64,000 nucleotides of DNA, taken from positions 205,220,001-205,284,000 of the forward strand of contig OX597815.1 in the NCBI GenBank assembly GCA_951406725.2, read 5' to 3'. The translations under genes and the position numbers were made by a program. Below, one piece after another: positions 1 through 13,674 of this stretch. Below the pieces are notes generated by a model. It saw only the letters and a list, made by a program, of their open reading frames with translations. It did no database searches and had not been told where the DNA came from. The first letter of the stretch is position 1; every line of letters starts with the position of its first letter. This stretch comes from Octopus vulgaris (taxonomy: Eukaryota).

Positions 1-25
1 ACAGAAGCTGGAAGAAAGCCCGTCG

Positions 26-70
26 TATATATATATAAATCCGTGCTGCATATATATGCTTATATATATA

Positions 71-104
<34 letters not shown>

Positions 105-433
105 TATATATATATATATATGCATATATATATATATGCATATATATATATATATATGCATATATATATATGCATATATATATATATATGCATATATATA
201 TATATGCATATATATATATATGTATATATATATGTATATATGCATATATATATATATGTATATATATATGTATATATATATGCATGTATATATGCATATA
301 TATATATATGTATATATATATGTATATATATATGCATATATATATGCATATATATATATATATATGCATATATATATATGTATATATATATGTATATATA
401 TGCATATATATATGCATATATATATATATATGC

Positions 434-492
<59 letters not shown>

Positions 493-500
493 TGCATATA

Positions 501-561
<61 letters not shown>

Positions 562-580
562 ATATAATATATATATATAT
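26..580. repeat. (TA)n microsatellite with periodic TGCA/TGTA interruptions
   Basis: Direct reading. It follows AAAGCCCGTCG, the point where SINE family A carries its internal microsatellite. Confidence 0.97.
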
Positions 581-1458
581 TATTAAATTAGAGATAAAAC
601 CACTATTAGGCATATCAAACAGTGAAAATCATAATCCAATACATAGAAATAAAATAAATTAAAAAATATAAAATATAAAAATCCAATTAAAATATTTAAA
701 TTAAAGTTAAAATTTTAAAAAAATTATTTAAATTAATAAATTAAACTTATGAATTTTAAATATATATATATATATATTTTTATTGTTATTTTATTTATTT
801 ATTTTATTTTATTTTTATTTATTTTTTAATTTTAAACTATCAAAAAGGTATTAAAAAGTTCAATATAAGATAGATAGATAGGTAGACACACACATAAACA
901 CATATGTAAGCATATTAGTTCGTTTGTTTTATGTCCATTTTTGCACGGCAGCATGGGTTAGATGACTCCGACATTGTTTTTCATTTGGATGCTCTTCTAT
1001 CGCTAAAGCTTTATCTTTTTTTCCAAGTGACTGATTCAGTCACACCAACCAACACAACATACCAGCATCTCCACAATCAATTCCAACATACAATACCACC
1101 ATCCCAATATTCTTTCACCACCAATCGACATTTACTTATCCATCCCGTCTTTGTAGGCATTGTTTTAGATTTTTAGATTTCCAGTGATTAGTGTAGTAGT
1201 TTACGTGTGTGTATACTTACATATACACACGAATATGTGTTCCAGGGTATGAGAATGCCTTATTGGAAACAGACTGTGTAAGGTTCAGATGATGAAGAGT
1301 ATGTTTAGAAGAGTGGTAGGCCAAAACTGTTTATGCAACTGAGAAGGAAGAATATTTGGCAAAGTGAGAATATGTTGTGTGTGTGTTCATTTATTCTTTT
1401 ACCTGTTTCAGTCATTAGACTGCAGTCTTGCTAGGGGTACCACCTTGAACTTTTAATA

Positions 1459-1830
1459 GGCGCAGGAGTGGCTGTGTGGTAAGTAGCTTGTTTACCAACC
1501 ACATGGTTCCGGGTTCAGTCCCACAGCGTGGCACCTTGGGCAAGTGTCTTCTACTATAGCCTCGGGCCGACCAAAGCCTTGTGAGTGGATTTGGTAGACG
1601 GAAACTGAAAGAAGCCTGTCGTATATATGTATGTTTGTGTTTGTCCCCCTAGCATTGCTTGACAACCGATGCTGGTGTGTTTATGTCCCCGTGACTTAGC
1701 GGTTCGGCAAAAGAGACCGATAGAATAAATACTGGGCTTACAAAGAATAAGTGCTGGAGTCGAGTTGCTCGGTTAAAGGCGGTGCTCCAGCATAGCCGCA
1801 GTCGAACGACTGAAACGAGTAAAAGAGAAG
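1459..1830 (+). mobile_element. tRNA-derived SINE family A (internal microsatellite, AAAGAGT tail), representative copy
   Basis: A box GTGGCTGTGTGG, B box GGTTCAGTCCC, CORE-like CCTTGGGCAAGTG. Other copies (approx.): 2820-3246-, 6357-6760+, 13071-13461-, 23191-23606-, 51287-51690+, 53803-54198-, 56180-56586+, 56822-57252+, 60965-61460+, 61637-62025+. Confidence 0.9.
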
Positions 1831-2195
1831 GAGTCAACCCCACTCCTTTTTTTTTTTTTAAACGTCTGATACTTACTCTTTTGGTCCTTTTTGCTTACGG
1901 GGGATGTAAAATCCCACCAATACATGTTGCCAAGCAGTGATGGAAGACACAGACACACTCACATATTCTTTTATTCTTATATATGTTTCGGCCCAAAGGC
2001 TGTGGCCATGCTAGAGCATACATACATATATACACATGCATGCATGAGTATGTATACTTCAATGAAATTTGAATCGAAATGTTGTTGTTGGCAGAGTACA
2101 TGTTTTGCCAACAGTTATCCACCCAGCATTTGTTTTTACTGCCTCAACGGCTGAATGCATGTTGGCACTATATGTACAGTACCAAAAGGCCAAAA

Positions 2196-2425
2196 GGCGG
2201 CGAGCTGGCAGAAACGTTAGCACGCCGGGCGAAATGTGTAACCGTATTTCGTCTGTCGTTACGTCCTGAGTTCAAATTCCGCCGAGGTCGACTTTGCCTT
2301 TCATCCTTTCGGGGTCGATAAATTAAGTACCAGTTATGCACTGGGGTCAATGTAATCGACTTAATACGTTTGTCTGTTCTTGTTTGTCCCCTCTGTGTTT
2401 AGCCCCTTGTGGGTAATAAGGAAAT
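2196..2425 (+). mobile_element. tRNA-derived SINE family B (Deu/Nin-like central domain), representative copy
   Basis: GGCGGCGAGCTGGCAGAAACG...GAGTTCAAATTCC head, then GCCTTTCATCCTTTCGGGGTCGATAAATTAAGTACCAG. Other copies (approx.): 3317-3396+, 4857-5088+, 9515-9745+, 15148-15366-, 36045-36273-, 45320-45555+, 49830-49960+, 62963-63175+. Confidence 0.88.
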
Positions 2426-3248
2426 ATATATGTACAGTACCAATATTTTACCTAATGCCCCAGGGAAATTTGATTAAATGATTTATCCTCAGTCTCTGCT
2501 GATGTTGAATACTCTCCAGATTAGTTCATTAGCATTAATGTATGTCTTGTGTCAGTATATCTCCATATATATTCTACAGTTGAATCGACTGCTTCGTGTT
2601 CCTATTCAAACTCTTCTCAGGAAAACAATGCTGTGTCTTTCCTTCTTCTAACAGTTCAAATAGTAACTTGAAAAATTCATTTGCAATGCCAACATAGAAA
2701 CAAAAGTCTCGTGTGTACAATGGGTGCTGAATAATACGTTACTGAATAGTGGTTTACTTAGTTATTTAAGTATGTTCTCAATGTGTTCATATATATATAT
2801 ACACACACACACATATATACTCTTTTACTCTTTTACTCTTTTACTTGTTTCAGTCATTTGACTGCGGCCATGCTGGAGCACCGCCTTTAATCGAGCAACT
2901 TGACCCCTGGACTTATTCTTTGTAAGCCCAGTACTTATTCTATCGGTCACTTTTGCCAAACCGCTAAGTGACGGGGACATAAACACACCAGCATCGGTTG
3001 TCAAGCAATGCTAGGGGGACAAAAACAGACACAAACAAACGCACACAGACACATATATATATATATATATATATACATATATACGACAGGCTTCTTTCAG
3101 TTTCCGTCTACCAAATCCACTCACAAGGCTTTGGTCGGCCTGAAGCTATACTAGAAGACACTTGCCCAAGGTGCCACGCAGTGGGACTAAACCCGGAACC
3201 ATGTGGCTGATAAGCAAGCTACTTACCACACAGCCACTCCTGCACCTA

Positions 3249-3280
<32 letters not shown>

Positions 3281-3849
3281 CATATGTATGTATGTACATG
3301 TGTAAAGGCAGCAAGGGCGAGCTGGCAGAAACGTTAGCACGACGGGCGAAATGCTTAGCGGTATTTTGTCTGCCGTTACGTTCTGAGTTCAAATTCATCT
3401 CTACAAATAATATACATGCCAATATTGAAAGAAAGATATAATTCAATCTTGTGCTATACGTATTGAGTACTTAACCGAATGGTGGTTGTCTTGGTTAACT
3501 GACTACAATCTCATACATACCAAGTAAAAAGTACTTGTGGTTGGTGTCACATAAAAAGCACTTGGGCTGGCACCATGTAAAAAGCACCCATGCTGGGGTT
3601 ACATGGAAGGGAAACCAGTGCTGACCCCATGTAAAAAGTTCTCATGTTGGTGCCACATACAATGCACCCAATACATTTTGTAAAGTGGATGGTGTTAGGA
3701 GGGGCATCCAGCTGTAGAAACCATACCAAACTAGACAATTGAAGCTTGGTGCAGCTCTCTGGCTCATCAGCTCTGGTCAAACTGTCTAACCTATGCCAGC
3801 ACGGAAAATGGACATGGAACGCTGATGATGATATATATATATATATATA

Positions 3850-4237
3850 CTAGTAGTATTGCCCGGCGTTGCTCGGGTTTGTAAGGGAAATAACTATATA
3901 AGCATTTTTAGAGATGTAAAGTATAATAGCTATCTCAATATGGCTAACCACAAAGGAGAGGGGGGGTTACTGTAGCTTTTTACGTTCTGAGATTTAATAA
4001 TAAATTTTTAGAGTGTTACTTCCCTTATATATGCCAAAAATGGGAAAAATTGATTGTAAATTTTTTTTTAAATCGTAGACTCATCGTAGACGCACGCTAA
4101 TACCCAGAAGGGCTCGATATGAATCACGACTATAAGATACCCGGTTTTGGTGAAACTGCACCGCAAAATGTGGGAGTAGTTAGGAATCTAAATCATAGGA
4201 GACAGACAGCACACAACCTCACTTTTATATATAAAGA
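3850..4237 (-). mobile_element. Non-autonomous Helitron
   Basis: Minus strand starts A^TCTTTATATATAAAAG and ends with hairpin CCCGAGCAACGCCGGG, 8 nt, then CTAG^T. Inserted between A and T with no TSD. Confidence 0.85.
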
Positions 4238-4244
4238 TATCACC

Positions 4245-4430
4245 AGTTGTCATGATTGATCGCTAAATCCACAAGATTTTTTTACTCCCTCTCTGTTTAT
4301 TTCCTCATATTCCTTTCTGCTGAAGAGCATAGGCTCGAAACATAAAAGACTTTCTCACTTTCCCAAGCATCACACTAATATACTTGCTTGTTGTTCATGC
4401 ACCTGTCTTTGTTTTCCTGTAAATTTCAAC
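4245..4430 (+). mobile_element. Probable Penelope-like terminal fragment with a decayed minimal hammerhead
   Basis: CTTT-CTGCTGAA-GAGC-ATAG-GCTC-GAAA-CATA-AAAG. A related fragment lies at about 49631-49734, next to (TA)n. Confidence 0.45.
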
Positions 4431-4446
4431 TCTCTCTCTCTCTCTC

Positions 4447-4762
4447 TGGCACGTAAAAAGCACCATCCGAACGTGGCCGATGCCAGCGCCGCCTCGACTG
4501 GCTTCTGTGCCAGTGGCATGTAAAAAGCACCAACCGATCGTGGCTGCTGCCAGCCTCCCCTGGCACCTGTGCCAGTGGCACGTAAAAAGCACCCACTACA
4601 CTCACGGAGTGGTTGGCGTTAGGAAGGGCATCCAGCTGTAGAAACACTGCCAGATCTGACTGGAGCCTGGTGCAGCCTCCTGGCTTCCCAGACCCTGGTC
4701 GAACTGTCCAACCCATGCTTGCACGGAAAACGAACGTTAAACGATGATGATGATGATGATGA
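4447..4762 (+). mobile_element. RTE LINE 3' end (representative short copy)
   Basis: Same sequence as the tail of 48495-49606. Other copies (approx.): 3545-3830+, 6187-6345-, 7296-7540+, 12755-13042+, 13490-13630+, 14130-14320+, 15410-15634+, 22858-22916+, 24084-24130-, 39050-39415+, 43900-44300-, 44920-45175-, 47745-47930-, 50415-50725+, 62345-62600+. Confidence 0.85.
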
Positions 4763-6027
4763 TATGGATGTATGTATATATATGCAGGGCCATCCTAGGA
4801 GCATTATACACCCTCTAGGCAATTGCCCTATGTACCCATGCCTTAAGACATCACTGCCAGCAGCGAGCTGGCAGAAACGTTAGCACGCCGGGCGAAATGC
4901 TTAGCTGTATTTCGTCTGTGTTACGTTGTGAGTTCAAATTCCACCAAGGTCGACTTTGCCTTTCATCCTTTCGGGGTCGATAAATTAAGTACCAGTTACG
5001 CACTGGGGTCGATGTAATCGACTTAATACCTATGTCTGTCCTTGTTTGTCCCCTCTGTGTTTAGCCCCTTGTGGGTAATAAAGAAATAAGTATATGAGTA
5101 CTTACCATGTTACTGGTACCGCCGAATCAATGTAGTGGTTCCGCATGAGTAACCAGCTTATTGCAAGTCGAAATGATCTCGATTAGTTGCTGTGCAAAAC
5201 AGAGACCCTACATAGCTGCATGACTTGCTAGAAATGGCAGCTGCACCATGCTCTGTGATCTTAAACAAGGAAATGACATATTCAATAATGGTCTCTAATA
5301 AAAGTACAATATAAGAAATTTGTGGGGAAGAAGGGGCTTAATTGATTCAGTTGGCCTGTAATTTATTTACTGACCCGGAAAGGATAAAAAGCAGAGTTGG
5401 TCCCAAAAGGTAAAGAGCCATAAACTAAATCAAATAATTGGGTACTTGATGTATCCCTTTATAGTCCAGATGTTGTGAAATACCTTTGATCATAGATCTA
5501 CTCAGTCAGGGTTATCCTGGGGCTAAACAACAAAAACAAAACAGAGTGCTCTCGACCAGCTGTGTTTGTGTGCATGCATGTTTGTCTGTGTGTGTGTGTG
5601 TGCATGCATGTTTGTCTGTGTGTGTGTGTGCATGCATGTTTGTGTGTGTGTGTGTTTGTAAGGGAACATCAGCAATAACGACTATCCTTTTACAACCTAA
5701 TTATTGCTTTGCCTTTATGTCTCAACTGCCAACGCAACCACCGTTGCCTGCTTCATGTTTTGTGATCTGATGCCATGAGCAGACATTTCCATTCTATTTA
5801 TGGCTGAATGGTTAGCATTTCATTCTTGTCTAGACTGACATCAACTGCCCCTTTACATTCACACACACACACACACACACACATATCTTAAATAGATCCA
5901 TATTCCTGACTTCAAGAGACATCAATGATGACGATGTGCATTACACATTTGTCTGTGTGTATTTGTATATTCAATATGTCTGAAGTATATTCATCTATTA
6001 TAAATACCACGAATACATGTGTATGCA

Positions 6028-6113
<86 letters not shown>

Positions 6114-7657
6114 CACACACACACACATATATACATATATATATATATATATATATGTGTGTATGTGTGTGCATATATATATATATCATCATCATCATCG
6201 TTTAGCGTTCGCTTTCCATGCTGGCATGGGTTGGACGGTTCGACCGGGGATCTGGTAAGCCAGAAGGCTGCACCAGGCTCCAGTCTGATCTGGCAATGTT
6301 TCTACGGCTGGATGCCCTTCCTAACGCCAACCACTCCGTGAGTGTAATATATATATAGGAGTGGCTGTGTGGTAAGTAGCTTGCTAACCAACCACATGGT
6401 TCCGGGTTCAGTCCCACTGCCTGGCATCTTGGGCAAATGTCTTCTGCTATAGCCCCGGGCCGACCAATGCCTTGTGAGTGGATTTGGTAGACGGAAACTG
6501 AAAGAAACCTGTCGTATATATGTATATATATATATATATAAGTGTGTGTGTATATGTTTGTGTGTCTGTGTTTGTCCCCCTAGCATTGCTTGACAACCGA
6601 TGCTGGTGTGTTTACGTCCTCGTCACTTAGCGGTTCAGCAAAAGAGACCGATAGAATAAGTACTGGGCTTTCAAAGAATAAGTCCCGGGGTCGTTTTGCT
6701 CGACTAAAGGCGGTGCTCCAGCATGGCTGCAGTCAAATGACTGAAACAATTAAAGAGTAATATATATATATATATATATATATCATTATCATTTGATATC
6801 TACTTTTCAATACCTGCACTGATCATACAGAAGTCACTGAGGCAGATTTACATGCTTCCAAGCAAGGTAATAAACATTTCCCCATAATCAGACATGTTTT
6901 TCACAGAAGACTGAAAACGAATATCTTTTTAATCATAGGAGGTCTGCACCATAATGGCTGTTAGAAGTGCAGGACTTCATTACTTACTTACTGTGTCACT
7001 CCGTCAGTTATGATGATGAGTATTCCATTTGATCCGATCAACGGAACATCCTGCTCGTTAACTTAACATGCAAGTGGCTGAGCACTCCACAAACATGTGT
7101 CCCCTTAATGTAGTTCTCAGGGAGATTGAATGTGACACAGATTGTAACAAGGCTGGCCCTTTTAGTGTCAGGTTTGTTTTCTTGCTCAGAGACACGATGT
7201 GCTGCCAGGAATCGAACTCGTGACCTTGTGGCCATAAGCTGGATACACTAACCATTTAGCCACATGCCTTCACAAGACATCATTGTATTTTAATCGTGCC
7301 GGTGGCACGTAAAAAGCACCATCCGTTCGTGGCTGTTGCCAGCCTTGCCTGGCCCCCGTGCCGTTGGCACATAAAAAGCACCCACTGCACTCACGGAGTG
7401 GTTGGTGTTAGGAAGGGCATCCAGCCATAGAAACATTGCCAGATCAGACTGGGCCTAGTGCAGCCTTCTGGCTTCCCAGACCCCAGTTGAACCGTCCAAC
7501 CCATGCTAGCATGGAAAGCGGACGCTAAATGATGATGATGTACGAGTGGTATTAAAAAGCAACTAAATGTCTCATAAGTAGTATTTAAACTTGTAAATGT
7601 GGCATCCAATATTTCAAACAAAGCTTTAAAACCACAACTGTTATGCTGTTCTATGGT

Positions 7658-8005
7658 TATTATTATTATTATTTGATGAAAACTCTCAGTTTATTTTGCT
7701 GAGCATACAGCAAAGTGTGAGCTGTCCACAGCCAGAAGACTAAAGCAACACTTGTTTACTGGTCATGCTTCAAGAACCCTGTGAAGAATTCTTGCAGTCC
7801 CGGGCAAGGCTGATCTTTGTAGGTGTTCAACTTTTGTATTTGTACCAATCCTTTTGAGCCATGTTCGTAGTTGAGTGCTGATACTTCCAAGTGCACCAAT
7901 TACTATTGGTATCATGTCTGCTCTCCTCATTGACCACAACCTTTGTATTTCCCGGTTCAAATCATCATAGTTGTTCAATTTTTCTTCTTCTTTCTCTTTG
8001 TTCTT
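7658..8005 (-). mobile_element. R4/Dong-like non-LTR retrotransposon 3' end (restriction-like endonuclease C-terminus)
   Basis: KEEEKLNNYDDLNREIQRLW...IPIVIGALGSI...GTARILHRVL. Both ends abut (TAA)n, the known Dong target. Confidence 0.8.
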
Positions 8006-8031
8006 ATTGAAAGGGAAAGAAGTTTATTATC

Positions 8032-8032
<1 letters not shown>

Positions 8033-8072
<40 letters not shown>

Positions 8073-8090
8073 CTTTATTATTATTATTAT

Positions 8091-8140
<50 letters not shown>

Positions 8141-8142
8141 TT

Positions 8143-8205
<63 letters not shown>
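8033..8205. repeat. Compound trinucleotide microsatellite (TAT)n(TAC)n(CAT)n
   Basis: Direct reading; intronic, about 45 bp upstream of the 8251 acceptor. Confidence 0.97.
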
Positions 8206-8206
<1 letters not shown>

Positions 8207-8250
8207 GCAAGATTATCTAATTATTTATTTCTGTTCTGTTTTTGTTTCAG

Positions 8251-9047
8251 GTAAATCTTCATCACCTGTATCACCCAAAACATGTTATATGCTTCCAGAA
8301 ATTCCAACATTAATTCCCGTGAAAGACAACCAGGAAATGAGCAAGAAATCGCTTTTCCTATTAGGGTACCGTGATTGCAGTTACGAAGCATTGCGGTATA
8401 TGATTGAAGTGGAGAAGATTGCTAAAGATGATCCACTCATTCTTGGATTACAACAACACCTGGAACAGCATCAACTCCGTATGGACATTCAGTCTTTGAT
8501 TGACAGTGAATTTGGCAACTTGGACAGATCAGATGATAGTGAAGATTTAAATAAAATATCTCCAAAATCTTCTCCAGACACTAGTTCTTCAAACAATGAA
8601 CTGCCGTTAAGCACACATTTAAAATCAGAACATAACAGTGCTGACAGCACGTCTCCACAAATGACTGTCACATCAACAACCGCTATACAAACTAAGGCAA
8701 ATCCAAACAAATCAGACAGTTTAAATGGCAACTGTTGCCAAGATAATAATAATAACAGTCAAACACATAGTAACAGAACTATAAAAAAGAAAAGAGAACT
8801 ATCTTTATCTCCCTCTGACTGTGAAGCAAATTGTCTCCTAGAAAAAGAGACTCTTTGCAAAAAGAGACGTTTAGAGAATTCTAATGCGGTGAAAATGGAC
8901 GACAGCACAAAATGGAGTCAGCTGAATCTCTCCATAGCGACAGTTGCTCAAGAGTTGATTGTTCTTCTTGAAAATGAAAATCCATTCTTTGAAGACGATT
9001 CCTATGTAGAAGAAGAACTTGTTATGAATGAGGAGTTTGCCAAGTGA
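8251..9047 (+). CDS. Terminal coding exon of an Orange-domain protein (Hey/Hes/clockwork-orange-like)
   Basis: Polypyrimidine acceptor tttttgtttcag| at 8250 (phase 1) and an open frame to TGA. LFLLGYRDCSYEALRYMIEVEKIAKDDPLILGLQQHL resembles the Orange domain. Basic NLS-like runs KKKRE and KKRR; AATAAA near 9106 and 9169. Upstream exons were not found. Confidence 0.75.
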
Positions 9048-11221
9048 CCAGAGTCTGGATTTGTAGGTTAAATATCATGAGACGCTGAAAAAAAACAAAA
9101 AAGGGAATAAAACGGGCTTCAGGCATCATCATTACTCACGACTTAGACATTTGGGGAGAGAGAATAGCAATAAAAATAAGGACTCAATTTGGAAAACAAA
9201 TTAACATCTTACACGGGGGTGGGGATAAGTGAACAACATAGTATATGGTTACAACTGATCATAAACCGTAGTATATGGTTACAACTGATCACATGAGCAA
9301 ATTATTAGTATCACAACGCATTAAGTGACTAGAACATGTGATCATCAGTAAATCAGTGTTGGGATAATATGTCTAGCTGAACAGTTTTCAAAGACTTAGT
9401 TTAACACCAATTATATATTGTTATATTGTAATAACTAAAGACTTAGGCTTGCAAAAAAGTTTTGAGTGAGAAATACAGTAAAAGATTATTGATGAGAATA
9501 TATAAGAAGGGAAAGGGCAGCGAACTGGCAGAATCGTTAGCATGCCGGACAAAATGCTTGGCAGTATTTCGTCTGCTGTTACGTTCTGAGTTCAAATTCT
9601 GCCGAGGTCGACTTTGCCTTTCATCTTTTCGGAGTCGATTAAATAAGTACCAGTTATGCATTGGTGTCGGTGTACTCGACTTAATCACTTTGTCTGTCCT
9701 TGTTTGTCCCCTCTATGTATAGCCCCCTGTGGGCAATAAAGAAATATATAAGAAAATGGGTCATGTACATAAGAACATAGAGGTAATTCATTAACGTGTC
9801 TAGCAAGTTCCTTAATATATTCTCTGACGGTCTGTAAATCGTTTAACATAATTTTAATGGTAACACTATCAATATATTTTTGTGAGAGCAAAGGAATGAC
9901 ATACAAGAACATCTTGATATCATTTGTTGTTGAGTGGTTAAGAGGCTGGATTACGGACTCGTGTTTAAATTCAAACTCTGCTCCTAGGAATGATCATATG
10001 ACGTAGCTTAATTGCTTTTGTCTCCGTCATAGATGAGTTTGGTGTTGTTACATAAGCCATTTCATTATGCCGTTGAGCAAGTCTCATCACTACTTTCTTA
10101 ACTTATATACAGAGGTGCAGGAACGAAATTTGCTTAGGGGCTGCAAACCCAGTTTTTTAGGAAGATATTCAAAGCTTATTCATTGCTCCACAAAAATTAC
10201 AGGGGGTGTATTGATACCCCCTGTTCCCGAGCCTATGTTCATATATTCAATCTAATTGAATACAGCCACCACATCACCAGTTTCACTGTTCAATGCTCCA
10301 ACAATGAATTCAAGCAAGTAACTGAATTTCCAAAATCAGCCAAAGTTCACAGGAAAATAAAGGACTATAAAACCTTAAATAAATTCTTCAATAGGGATGC
10401 TTGAGTTCATGTGATAGTTGTAGAGGTGGGCGATGTTATCAGCGATATGAAAGGGAGATAATAAATGAATGGAGTTGGTAGATGTAGAGGCGGTGCCGTT
10501 GACGGTGGAATGGAAGGGAGATAATAAATACACGATAACTTTCTAGCATTTTGGAATAGTTGACTAGTTTTCTACTCATTTCTTTTAAAGTTACTTATGT
10601 CCGTGTATAACACGACCCACTTTTCTTCCCCAAAAAGTATGACTTGATGCAGTGGGGGGGGGGCTTGACTCAGATCAAGATTAGCTTTGTATTATACTTT
10701 AAAAAAAAGAATTATAATATTAATTTATCGTCATATAGTAATGTTGATAATTTGTAAATATAATTAATAATTTTTTTTTTTTTGCAAGTCTGGAGTTCCT
10801 TTTCACAAAAATAATGATTACAGCGAGTTCAATTTAAAAAACAAAAACTATATCATTGGGTATTGTTATTCGTTAATTCCAAAAGAATTCAAGTACAAAT
10901 TTAACCTTTGCCAGAATTGAGAGGAATAAAAGTAAAGTGTAAATGATCTTTAACCCCCAGATCAGCCCAAATTGTGTAAACTTATGGCCAAAGGTGTTTC
11001 AAGTATGTCCATCTCGGATTTTCCCCTTTCATTATTATTTCTGATTGAGTATATATCAACGACTACATTATTTAATCCGTTCATAACTTAAAGATAGTAG
11101 GGTGTGGCTATATGAGTGATTTCTTGCAGGTTGTGCAACAATATAGATCAGTCATGGGCAAACTGTAGCCTGTGGGACTTTCTGAATGGCACAACGATCG
11201 AAAAATTATCTTGAAGTCTGA

Positions 11222-11441
11222 CCCTTTCGTTACCAACCCAGCTGAATCCGGCTCTGGCTCTGAGTACAAATCTCTTGTTTTCATAAGTTTTGAATTAAAA
11301 TCTTCCACCAAACCTTAGTCACAATTTATGTTCCTAACACTAGCTTAATGATAATTAAGTTATTTTACTAAATTCTTTGTTATATCTAGAGTAATTGAAA
11401 GAAGCACAGAGCATCTCAAAATAAATACAGTAAGGAAAGGG
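11222..11441. mobile_element. piggyBac-like MITE
   Basis: TIRs CCCTTTCGTTAC / GTAAGGAAAGGG; TTAA on the right flank, decayed on the left. Confidence 0.65.
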
Positions 11442-11854
11442 TTAATGGTGCAAGCCCTCTGATGATAAACCATGTCTCACTTCTTGGAAAGGGTTACCTG
11501 TGTTTGACATAGAGTCTTCTGCATCTGCTTAAAATCCCATGAATCAGTCGGTTCAGTACTCTCCCATCTCCTGCAATTCCATTACTTCAATGACTAACAA
11601 CATTAGTCTCAACAGAGTCTGGATATTAAAGGTTGGACTGAAATGATGTCTGATATGGTTACATCATATGATGTAGAATTGGTGTTTTATTTCAGGTTAA
11701 GATAGTTTTTAATACATGGGGTGTTGAACTCTTGGTTGATCACTCAGGAGTTTTGCTGCACTCCAGGTAATTTACTAAATACTTTCTCTCTCACTTTTTG
11801 CAAGAGTGGGGTTGTTGTTGTTGCTGTGATAGTTGTTAAGTAACTTTCATCCCT

Positions 11855-12100
11855 TGCTCAGTTATGCTGAAGCATGGAATAAACTATCTGCATCAGTTGT
11901 TAGTTGTCAAGATGCTACATCCTTCAAAACTTCCATGCTTTCTGAAATTCAACAAGAATACACCTGGTGCCCCAACCACGTTTTTTTTTTTTGTAGACTT
12001 TTTCTCTGTTCACTTCCTACTTGCTGCAGTTTTAGTTTCTTTTCCCTGTGAGTTGTAGTGCACCTGAGCACTCTATACAATAAGTCCATTATTATTATTA
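11855..12100 (+). mobile_element. CR1-group LINE 3' end
   Basis: AEAWNKLSASVVSCQDATSFKTSML, followed by GTGCACCTGAGCAC...(ATT)n. Confidence 0.75.
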
Positions 12101-13674
12101 TAAAGTAGTATTCAGCTAATATAAGAATAAGAAGGCGACAACATTAAGTGATGGAATTGCTAAACAACTGCAAACCTTTGGCCTACAGATTAGAAACACA
12201 TTGTGATCAGATCCTCAGTCATAATAATAATTAATTATAAAAAAAAAACTTAAAAGATGGTGGGTTTTTTTTTTTTATCCTTTGTACAAAGTGTTTCAGT
12301 TAAATAACTTGTTTGAAAAATAATGTGTGATAATTTTCTTTTATCAAATGCTTTATCATGAAATTTAATATTTATTGACATTTATTTGTTGAAATTAGCT
12401 TTTGTTGATGTCAAAGTCAGTTTCAGTTTTTTTGTGAAAATAAATGTAAATCTATATTTTCCCCTGTTAAATATAAAACATTTAATGAATAAAAACAAAT
12501 GTACAAAACAAGAAATAAATTTGCAATATATTGTTTTCTATTTTTGTTTTGGGTCTTTAAGTTGAAAAATGATGTGAATGTCTTGTTTTAATCATTGGAC
12601 TGCTACCGTGGGTTCATCAAACAAATCAACTCTAGTACTTATTCTATTGGTCTCTTTTGCCAAACTGCTAAGTTATGGCATCATAAGCAAACTAACACGA
12701 GTTGTCAAGTGGCTGGATGGAGGAAAAATATGAAAACACATACACACACACACATAAAGCACCGTCCGAATGTAGCTGATGCTAGCTCCGCCTGACTGGC
12801 ATCTGCGACACATAAAAAGCACCAATCGATCGTGGCCATTTGCCAGCCTCTTCTAGCCCCTGTGCCAGTGGCACGTAAAAAGCACCCACTACACTCACGG
12901 AGTGGTTAGCGTTAGGAAGGGCATCCAGCTGTAGAAACACTGCCAGATCGGACTGGAGCCTGGTGCAGCCCCTGGCTTCCCAGACCCCCAGTCGAACCGT
13001 CCAACCCATGCTAGCATGGAAAACGGACGTGAAATGATGATGATATATACATATAGATCCAAATATATATACTCTTTTACTTGTTTCAGTCATTTGACTG
13101 GAGCACCACCTTTAGTCGAGCAAATCGACTCCAGCACTTATTCTTTGTAAGCCTAGTACTTATTCTATCGGTCTCTTTTGCCGAACCGCTAAGTGACAGG
13201 GACGTAAACACACCAGCATCGGTTGTCAAGCAATGCTAATGGGACAAACACAGACACACAAACACACACACACACACACACATATATATACATATATACG
13301 ACAGGCTTCTTTCAGTTTCCGTCTACCAAATCCACTCACGAGGCATTGGTCGGCCCAAGGCTATAGCAGAAGACACTTGCCCAAGATGCCACGCAGTGGG
13401 ACTGAACCCGGAACCATGTGGTTGGTAAGCAAGCTACTTACCACACAGCCACTCCTGCGCCATATATATAATATATGTACAATGATGTTAAGCAGGGCAT
13501 CCAGCCATAAAAACCATGCCAAAACAGACACTGTCTGGTGCAGGCTCCTGCCTGGTCAACTCCTGTCAAATTGTCCAACCCATGCCAGCATGGAAGGCAG
13601 ACGTTAAACAACAACAATGATGATGATGATAAAAAGGATAAAGATTTGAACTAAGGGCCTTGCGTGCAGTGACC

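Noticed and set aside
43-662. Long ORFs rich in Y/I/M/H/C (also 17600-18949, 26729-27400, 28045-28731, 59562-60410, 60997-61327)
   Set aside because: Translations of stop-free microsatellites; open in most frames on both strands.
2570-2760. Possible upstream bHLH exon of the Orange-domain gene after ttctacag
   Set aside because: Translation shows no basic region or HLH pattern.
2998-3210. Recurrent short ORFs (MSSNARGT..., MLGGQTQT..., RLPNPLTR...) that look like a gene family
   Set aside because: All are antisense translations of SINE family A.
7971-8250. Poly-Tyr/poly-His N-terminus of the 358-aa ORF
   Set aside because: Encoded by a compound microsatellite upstream of a strong splice acceptor at 8250, and overlaps an antisense LINE fragment; intronic.
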